Shown: positions 57,201 to 64,000 of the stretch, piece by piece
Layout: each line of letters begins with the position of its first letter
How positions within the stretch are numbered: the first letter of the stretch is position 1
Assembly: GCA_000004985.1 (NCBI GenBank)
Contig: GG738925.1
Length of the DNA: 64,000 nt
Source: Naegleria gruberi
Taxonomy: Eukaryota
Strand: one strand, 5' to 3'
The notes under the pieces: generated by a model
What the model was told of the DNA's origin: nothing
Database searches by the model: none
What the model saw: only the letters and a program-made list of their open reading frames with translations
Made by a program: the position numbers and the translations under genes

Positions 57201-58177
57201 ATTATCTTGATTTGAATGTTATCAAATCATACAAGTATCCTCCAAGCTTTATCTTTGAAACTTTGGAAAAGACACGCAATATTGTATCTATTATTAATTT
57301 AAAGACAGAAGAACCTTCAAAGCCACTGACAGCAATGACTTGGAGACAAAAACATGAGCAAAGAAGAAAGGCAAGAAAAGAATTCAGAAGAAACGAAAGT
57401 GTTAAATTTGATAGTAGATTGAAAAATAATAGTACAGATATCAAAATGGAAAGAGATCCAGATTGGAAACCTCACTTTATTTATTCTTTGAATGATATTG
57501 ATACTATTCTCAATAGTGAAAAGTTTGATTCCAGACTCTCCAAGAAACTTCAATTCCTTACAGTTGATCCAGGAACTCAGAAAATTGGTTCCTTCCATCC
57601 TAAGGATATTAACTTTTATAGAGATGCCTATCAACCAATTCCATTCACAAAATTGCCAGTTTTAAAGGAAATTAAGGCAAGAAGTATTTGGTTCAAGGCA
57701 ATGACTGAACAACCTCCACAACAAGTTCTTGACGAAAGAGAAAAACAAAAAAAGGAAAATCCAAACAAATACGGTTATTATGGCCACCATAAGGATTACA
57801 CTAAGGATCCATTCGAAGAAAGATATCAACAATTCTCAATGTCTAGACCAAATCCAAGTCCAACAACCAGATATGACAAGTGGATTCAAGAAGAAATTTG
57901 GTTTGAAACATTCACACCAGAAGAAAGCAACAAGATTGAACAAGAGTTTAGAAAGTTTATTGTTTATGGAAATCCTGAAAGTTTTGCAATTTCACCTTCT
58001 GAAATTATTGATTTCTCATATTGGAAACTATTCCACGATAGTAATCATCCAACCAATCCAAATAGTGTTATTACCTTGCATAGAAAGAGCTTTTACGAAT
58101 ATCGTGACTATCGTAATGATGACAGAGAAGAGGAAGTTGTTGGCATTGCAACACTTTCCTACAGGTCTTTCTATTAA
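54253..58177 (+). CDS. Large protein with two T1/KCTD-type BTB domains and a long C-terminal region of unknown function; 2 exons (54253..54553, 54621..58177; ~1285 aa)
   Basis: Exon 1 ends ..LKVG|G at G|GTATGT. A 67-nt intron ends atgatgacag, and exon 2 continues GKFFYTTMK in phase. BTB-like blocks SSLEYVCAQDNLFKVMFDSGFG..FPDRNPDYFEYILEHLRQGG and KIDISGQIFTIPFTSLRKYENFLLSKY..VFIDRNPKLFALIHGYIISGG. The C-terminal ~700 aa include the conserved-looking block VTFYCYKLRPIQVVLRIYKSPAEVLLGFDIDCATMGFDGNQVW, not assigned. Confidence 0.6.
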
Positions 58178-58247
58178 AATTCCCAAATTAAAGAATTTAA
58201 TCTAATATGGTTAAATAGAGATATTAAATTATCAAAACGGAACTAAT

Positions 58248-59660
58248 TTATTCGAAAACGCTTACTCTATTCAACCTCTTAAGATAAGGAAAGGCCTTTC
58301 TGCACACGCTTTTATCTAAATAAATTGAATTTGTGAAATCAATCTCACAAAGTCTTTTCATATTTCCACTTTTCATGAATTCTCTAAAACTAGACTCGGT
58401 AATGTTCGTTCTGCAGAGTTTCAAAACTTTTAAGTTTACAAGGGAGCTTTGACTCAAGTATAAAAGACCTTTGGCATAGATTTGATTTCCAGAAAAGTTA
58501 ATTTGTGTTAAATTTTCTAAATATGGAGAATTGGAAATGAATTTCATACTCAAATCAGTTATTACAAATATATTATTAGTAGAAACATAAGTAATAGATC
58601 TCAAACTGGAAGCATATGGAGAGGTCGATATTGTCGATATCCCGTCATCTGTCACCTCATTTTCTGAAACATCGAGTATGGCAAGTTTTGGAGCTATTCC
58701 ACTAAATAATTGAATAATTTCCGTATCATCAATTCCACAACAAGTCAGATTCAAGTTTGTTAAATTTGGAGCATTGTTTTGGAACCAGGATATTGAAAGA
58801 TTATTATGTGAAGCATCCAAACTTGTTAAATTAGGAAATAAATTTAAAGATATTAATTCCCAGCTCATTTTGTCGCTAATTCCACAATTGGACATGTTAA
58901 GAGTTCTCAATGAGGTCAATTTACAGACATCTCCTAATGATTTTGAGAATGGTCGATTTTCAAGGTTTAAATAAGTGAGAGATGGCATATTCCACTTGTC
59001 TATTGATTCTAATGTACTCAAATTCGTATACCCTTCCAAATTCAACGATTCAAGTGTTGACAATGTTCCGATCAGATTCAATTGAGCTGCTTCAATATTA
59101 CAACATGATAAATTCAATGATTTCAATCCAGTTGGACCAAATTTAACAAAATTATAATACCAATTATTAGAAATATGAAGACCACTCAAATTCAACCTTG
59201 TCAAATGTTTCAATTCGGCAATATTCGTATAAATATCATTCGTTATTTGACTATTATTTCTCAAACTCAAACTAGTCAATTGCTTCAACGAACAAACTTC
59301 CTCCAAATCTTTCAACCCCAACCTTCCAATAACTATATGCAAACTAGTAAGTTTCGTCCAATTATTTTCCACAAACAATCCCTTCACTCCATCATTTACA
59401 TTTTTCAAAGTCAAACTCTGAATATTACGAAACGATCCACCACTCGCACACTCATAGATTGCCTTCTTTTGATTGATCGATGGGATTAGTTTAAAATCCA
59501 ACACGAGAGAGCGAACATTCTCGCTCACCCATTCGTAAAAGTTTCGGCAGAGGAGTGAGATGGATTTTTTCAAGGTTTTTGTATCGAGAAATAAAAAGAT
59601 GTGATGATGGAATAGTTCGGGTGGGAGTAGCAGGTGATTTGCTGGTTCGTGTGTTGTCAT
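58248..59660 (-). CDS. F-box / leucine-rich-repeat protein, 470 aa
   Basis: N-terminal F-box LLLPPELFHHHIFLFLDTKTLKKSISLLCRNFYEWV. Then >12 LRRs of the L..L.L..N/C.I type (LTSLSLRNNSQITN, LTRLNLSGLHISNN, LKSLNLSCCNIEAA, LESLNLEGYTNLS, ...). Confidence 0.75.
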   Translation of the reverse strand: MTTHEPANHLLLPPELFHHHIFLFLDTKTLKKSISLLCRNFYEWVSENVRSLVLDFKLIPSINQKKAIYECASGGSFRNIQSLTLKNVNDGVKGLFVENNWTKLTSLHIVIGRLGLKDLEEVCSLKQLTSLSLRNNSQITNDIYTNIAELKHLTRLNLSGLHISNNWYYNFVKFGPTGLKSLNLSCCNIEAAQLNLIGTLSTLESLNLEGYTNLSTLESIDKWNMPSLTYLNLENRPFSKSLGDVCKLTSLRTLNMSNCGISDKMSWELISLNLFPNLTSLDASHNNLSISWFQNNAPNLTNLNLTCCGIDDTEIIQLFSGIAPKLAILDVSENEVTDDGISTISTSPYASSLRSITYVSTNNIFVITDLSMKFISNSPYLENLTQINFSGNQIYAKGLLYLSQSSLVNLKVLKLCRTNITESSFREFMKSGNMKRLCEIDFTNSIYLDKSVCRKAFPYLKRLNRVSVFE

Positions 59661-59802
59661 TTTTTTTTGTAAAGTTTTTGTGAGGTGTTTAGTCTTGTTT
59701 CGTCCAAGATCAAAATTGAAAAAAACACAATTTCCAATGTAATCAAATGAAATTGTTTATTTGATTTTCATATTGTCATGTAATATCACCCTTTCGAATA
59801 AT

Positions 59803-60084
59803 TTACAACATATCATTCATCTTCTTTCCAGGACTAATCTCATTAACAGTCAATCCACCTTGAGGATTTTCAATAACCTTCAAATGAATGTACTCCTCAT
59901 CGCCTACCTTAATTTTCATCTTGTGCAAAATTCCATTTACAACCTGAGTAGTATGTTCAATGAGTTCAAAGTTCTTGTAGGTCATGCTAGTTTGCTTCTC
60001 GACCATTGGTTTGACAATGAAGGCCATTTGAGAGGCTTCCATGGTTGGGGTGTGATGCTTGTTGTGTTGTCCTACTTCGATCAT
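59803..60084 (-). CDS. Cystatin A / stefin-like cysteine-protease inhibitor, 93 aa, no signal peptide
   Basis: QVVNG (QxVxG reactive-site motif) in TTQVVNGILHKMKIKVGDEEYIHLKV parallels stefin A KTQVVAGTNYYIKVRAGDNKYMHLKV. N-terminal segment GQHNKHHTPTMEASQMAFIVKPMVEKQTSMTYKNFELIEH resembles stefin EIQEIVDKVKPQLEEKTNETYGKLEAVQY. Size and lack of leader fit the type-1 cystatin class. Confidence 0.7.
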   Translation of the reverse strand: MIEVGQHNKHHTPTMEASQMAFIVKPMVEKQTSMTYKNFELIEHTTQVVNGILHKMKIKVGDEEYIHLKVIENPQGGLTVNEISPGKKMNDML

Positions 60085-60438
60085 TTTCAGAATCTGTTGT
60101 TGTGTTTCTTGTATATATGTATTCGAAACTTGTGTTTTTTTTTTGATTGTGGAAAGGGATGAATGAGTGCAGGTTATTTATTGTAGATTTTGGTATATTC
60201 CTGATTGGGTCTACCTTTTTAACTCTCAAATCGTTCCAGAATTGTTCTTTGTAAAGTCACAAGATCAGTTTACAATAACAATAATATCTGAAAAGATTTT
60301 TTATAATATAGAATACAAACTCATCACCATTATCCTTTTTTCAAAAACATTTCAATTAATTGTTAAGGTATATTAAGATAAATAAGAAAACAAAATAATA
60401 CTTGAATAAATAATTTATTGTGCGCGCAGTGAGGGATT

Positions 60439-61914
60439 TTAATGGAAAGAAGCAAAGACGGTGGTATTGGTGGAGAAACCATTAGAAACGAGGAGATTTT
60501 CAATGGAGGAATCAAACCATTCTCTACCATATTGGAGATCTGGGCAACCAGACAAGAACATGAAAATCAAAGGAATGATAGACAATGTTAAAGTAGCATT
60601 CAATACAAACTTTAACACTGGATACTTCTTTCTGATACTTCTATCAGTGAGGAAGAAGAATGAAATAAACCATGGAACGAAGAAGAAGAAGAAAAGAAGC
60701 CAATTGACCCAAATGTGAGGTGGGAATGGAATCAAATAGTAACCTTCACTGAATTTGAAGTAAACTAAAATTTCAGTAAAGATGATACCAATAGCAATCC
60801 ATGTGTTGGCACCAATTCTCTTAGTGTTTGGATCACTGATAAATTGGTAATATTCCCTAATGGCAGGCATACCAAGACAGAACCAAATCAAGAGACGGTA
60901 AATGTTAAGCTTGTTTGGTGGTGGAACCCAGAGGACATACTTGAGGAAGAAGGCATTAAGGTCAACAATGTTCATGGCCAAAATAATCAGACAAAAGTAT
61001 AAAAAGTGTTTAGCATCATCAAAGATATGCCAGTTATAGGATGTCCAGTTGAATGGGGTGAATTGTTGAACAATTCTCTTGATTTTTCCAGATGTAGTAT
61101 CAATCTTGGTGACACCAATCCACAATGGATATTTTCTCATCTTTAAATAATCACAAATCCACAATCCGATAATAATACCAAGATTATTACAAATCAAAAC
61201 ATCGAGGACAATGTGATCCCACCAACATTCTTTAAAGTTTGGCAACCAGTGTTGGAAGGTAATTTCCATAATTTCAAAGAACAAGGAAAGACACCAACAA
61301 AGCTTCAAATCACGGAAAAGCAAAGCCTTAGCAATATATCCTAGAATGTGAGCTAAAATGAATTCATCATAAACAGTATCATAAACATTCTTGAAATAAG
61401 ATATTGGATCATCAGGAGTGTAAATGGCACAACTATTTGCATAGTCTCTTTCTGGAAGTGGTTGACCCAATGATGGATCCAAATATTTCATGAATTGTCT
61501 GGCATCATCTTTAGTTTGGAACATTAAGAACACTAAAAAGAGAAGATAAACAATTCCGATACCAGTGATAAGCCTCCAAAAAGCTGGATGAGGTCTCATA
61601 AGTATACTATCACGTAATTGAACAACACAATAAACCAAGAATAATCCAACCATTCCCATTATTCCTCTCTTTACATTTTGTTCCGTACTTATAGCATCAT
61701 GACGAATGAAAGAGTAATAAAACATTACAGCAAATGAAGCCACAAGAATAGTAATAGTGTGTGGTTTGTAAAAGGCATCAATAAATTCTTCCTTTGGTGT
61801 TTTTTCTCCACTAGGCAAATTATCTGCACTCACACTTGTAGTCAAAGTTGATGAAGGACTACTCGTATCAAGGTCGGGAATGTTCTTCCTCTTTCGAAGT
61901 TCCTGTGTAGTCAT
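60439..61914 (-). CDS. Phosphatidylserine synthase, base-exchange type (PTDSS family), multi-pass membrane protein, 491 aa
   Basis: Numerous TM helices. Conserved PTDSS block KECWWDHIVLDVLICNNLGIIIGLWIC corresponds to the ECWWDQ(V/I)(L/I)LD(I/V)LLCNG(G/L)GI motif. Confidence 0.7.
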   Translation of the reverse strand: MTTQELRKRKNIPDLDTSSPSSTLTTSVSADNLPSGEKTPKEEFIDAFYKPHTITILVASFAVMFYYSFIRHDAISTEQNVKRGIMGMVGLFLVYCVVQLRDSILMRPHPAFWRLITGIGIVYLLFLVFLMFQTKDDARQFMKYLDPSLGQPLPERDYANSCAIYTPDDPISYFKNVYDTVYDEFILAHILGYIAKALLFRDLKLCWCLSLFFEIMEITFQHWLPNFKECWWDHIVLDVLICNNLGIIIGLWICDYLKMRKYPLWIGVTKIDTTSGKIKRIVQQFTPFNWTSYNWHIFDDAKHFLYFCLIILAMNIVDLNAFFLKYVLWVPPPNKLNIYRLLIWFCLGMPAIREYYQFISDPNTKRIGANTWIAIGIIFTEILVYFKFSEGYYLIPFPPHIWVNWLLFFFFFVPWFISFFFLTDRSIRKKYPVLKFVLNATLTLSIIPLIFMFLSGCPDLQYGREWFDSSIENLLVSNGFSTNTTVFASFH

Positions 61915-62743
61915 ATTTTCTCAGGGAACAAATTAATCTTCTATACAAATTTAAAATCCTAGGATGATTCTTGTTATCTAGTACTGCTTTGTTTGCCAAG
62001 ATATATTCTTCTTTGTTATGATATTATTATTAAAATCTCGTTTCCGCCAACACAAAACTTGGTACTGTGATGAATGTTAAAATCCTCTGCTTCTACGAAC
62101 GGACACAATTTTTTTCTGTTGTTCTCAAAAGCAAATTCGTTGTGGAGCAAAAATTCCCTCCAAAAAATTATAGTTCTTTCCCGCCTCTCAAAAAGTTAAT
62201 GAGGATAACAGAAGCAAGATTTTGAAGAGGAAATAAGAAAATTAAGAACACAACTTCGGAATGAATTGAAGTTATTTTCTTTGAGATAATATTAATATAA
62301 TAAATCTGATATCAGAGGTTTAAATGATGGCCATCATAAAGGCATCAAAAAAAGTGGTCCAATTAGAAGTCATTAAGAGAGGTGAACAAATGAACATGAA
62401 CGAAATTTACGTAAATTTCCTATCTATTATTAAAAATTATTTTGAAGTTGTTGTAATATGATAATACTCCAATACAAATAATTCGAATTAACGTTGAAGA
62501 TAAATATTGATGGTTCAAAGCTACGGAATTTTAGACCAGAAAAGAGAATCTTCCATTTTCAATGGAAAAGTAGTCGTTGAAGTGTTTTTGATAATACGAG
62601 GGCATTGAAGAATTACAAAATTTGCATTGAAAAGGAATTTAATATTTTGTAAACTACATTGAATTGATATTCAACAATAGCAATTAAGGAATTATTCCAA
62701 ATATTGTAAAATATTTGAATTAAAAATTAGAAATTAAAAAAAA

Positions 62744-63274
62744 ATGCAAAAATCATCAGTTGCCAAATTTTGTGTTGGCATGGTCACTTCTCCAGTACAA
62801 AAAGCCGAATTTATTGCTCAAGCCTTGCTGAAGGATAAGCTCGTAGCCTGTGTAAATATTGTTCCACAGGTGAAGAGTATGTATTGGTGGGAAGATAAAA
62901 TTTGTACCGATGAAGAGGCATTGTTAATTTTGAAAACTCAGGTTGATCTGAAATCACAAGTTGTGGATTGTGTAAAAAAGAATCATGAATATAAAGTGCC
63001 AGAGGTGATTTTTATGGATATTATGGATGGGAATGAAGATTATTTGGATTGGATTAGAAAATCAACAATTATCGGAAAGAAGTTGGAAATACAAAATTCA
63101 TCTACAAATGAAAATACTATAATTGATAAACCTGCTGCTGTATCTTCCACGTTTAAATGTACTAAATGCCAGAGCACTCAGTGTACTTATTACCAATTGC
63201 AAACTAGATCATCTGATGAACCTATGACAACTTTTATTACTTGCCTAAATTGTGGAAATAGATGGAAACAATAA
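62744..63274 (+). CDS. Fusion protein: N-terminal CutA divalent-cation-tolerance domain plus C-terminal TFIIS-type C2C2 zinc ribbon, 176 aa
   Basis: CutA-like [76 protein letters not shown]. After a ~30-aa linker comes [40 protein letters not shown] (C-x2-C-x24-C-x2-C with the QTRSADEPMT signature of TFIIS/Rpb9/RPC11 ribbons). Single ORF, aaaaaaaaATG start, no splice signals between the halves. Confidence 0.7.
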   Translation: MQKSSVAKFCVGMVTSPVQKAEFIAQALLKDKLVACVNIVPQVKSMYWWEDKICTDEEALLILKTQVDLKSQVVDCVKKNHEYKVPEVIFMDIMDGNEDYLDWIRKSTIIGKKLEIQNSSTNENTIIDKPAAVSSTFKCTKCQSTQCTYYQLQTRSSDEPMTTFITCLNCGNRWKQ

Positions 63275-63338
63275 TTTTATTATAATTAAATAATATTGGA
63301 AAACAACAATTTAACAGGATGTAACAAAATTGGCTAGG

Positions 63339-64000
63339 TTAAATTTCTTTGAAATCTTGCCAATCTTGATCTTCACTTTCAGTAACGAATTGATAAAAGA
63401 TTCTTTTGCCAATATTAATTATTAAAAGTCTTTTCGGATCTGGATTATTTTCGAGTTCATAATTGAGGATTTGGTACTGAGCTTCTTGGAATATCATGGA
63501 TATAGGTTCGAAATAGTAAGTCTGTGGAGTATACCCTCTCACATACTCAACAGGGAATGGAAGTTTTTGGTTCTTGTAAACACTGGCCAATCTAGCAACT
63601 GACCATTTTTGCAAAATATCAGAGAGGGAAGTATTATCCACAACTTTTAACATCTGATCAAGTGGACTCTTATTTTCTCTCCTCTGGAATAGTATTCTCT
63701 CACCAAGAGTTTCACTCTCAATGCCACTAAATCTCTCTTTGGAGAATGAAACATATCCAATGTGAATATGCTTAAATTCAACAATGGTATTCAAACATTC
63801 GATAAATAAATCAACATAGCCATTTCTATTTGTTTCAATATTGAGAGCTAATTTTTCTGTAGAGGATGGTGAGCTTCTTAATTGTTTATCCATAAAGGTT
63901 GGATGATTTTTCAAAATTCTATTCAATTCATAATTGAGCATGAATTTCAAAGATGATTCTCTAAATTCTGCAAAATCTCTCGTATGGAGAGTGTCTATTC
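63339..64000 (-). CDS. Hypothetical protein, partial (N-terminus beyond the right window edge)
   Basis: The tool ORF 63339..63950 begins at an alternative start. The same frame stays open to base 64000 (..IDTLHTRDFAEFRESSLKFMLNYEL..), so the true start lies outside the window. No motif recognised. Confidence 0.45.
   Translation of the reverse strand, partial: IDTLHTRDFAEFRESSLKFMLNYELNRILKNHPTFMDKQLRSSPSSTEKLALNIETNRNGYVDLFIECLNTIVEFKHIHIGYVSFSKERFSGIESETLGERILFQRRENKSPLDQMLKVVDNTSLSDILQKWSVARLASVYKNQKLPFPVEYVRGYTPQTYYFEPISMIFQEAQYQILNYELENNPDPKRLLIINIGKRIFYQFVTESEDQDWQDFKEI

Overview
This window is the left end of a linear eukaryotic nuclear chromosome. About 53 tandem CCCAAA units (TTTGGG on the G-strand) occupy bases 1-320, followed by an AT-rich subtelomere and a 3.9-kb assembly gap of N at 1060-4971. 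The remaining ~59 kb is dense with pol II genes on both strands.

Several properties of the genes read directly from the sequence. Stops are standard: beta-tubulin is one uninterrupted 451-codon ORF ending in TAA. Introns are short, 40-80 nt, with GTAAGT...AG boundaries. Start codons sit in an A-rich context (aaaaaaaATG). Low-complexity runs are rich in N, Q and S. I infer, without database support, that this profile fits an AT-moderate dictyostelid-type amoebozoan. The TTTGGG repeat also occurs in Paramecium, but the standard stop codons argue against a ciliate.

All exon-intron models below are hand-built; coordinates for RNA genes and introns are approximate to about +/-2 nt.

Protein-coding genes recognisable from their translations include:
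- a secreted class-3 lipase
- a Pumilio/PUF protein
- a germination-type adenylyl cyclase, three exons, 859 aa, with a sensor domain, a TM segment and a class III cyclase domain
- a 1711-aa ABCG half-transporter with a large Cys-rich N-terminal ectodomain and a 21-nt micro-exon encoding the Walker B motif
- a divergent actin-related protein
- a five-exon cathepsin B-like protease, with a degenerate duplicate of its last two exons immediately downstream
- a patatin-like phospholipase
- a short-chain dehydrogenase (SDR)
- an EAF (ELL-associated factor) homologue
- a Zn2Cys6 (GAL4-type) transcription factor whose zinc cluster is split by a 276-nt intron
- beta-tubulin
- ADF/cofilin
- a stefin-like cystatin
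- a base-exchange phosphatidylserine synthase
- a single-ORF fusion of CutA with a TFIIS-type zinc ribbon
- many ubiquitin-system adaptors: three to four F-box proteins, four BTB proteins, a RING/zf-TRAF-BTB-pentapeptide-TLDc protein, a UBL protein and a divergent di-ubiquitin

Pol III genes cluster at 50.2-53.9 kb: two intact 5S rRNA genes, one degenerate 5S fragment and a tRNA-Asp(GUC). A divergently transcribed pair of small basic paralogous ORFs lies between the first 5S copy and the 5S fragment.

No transposable elements, CRISPR arrays or prokaryotic features were seen.
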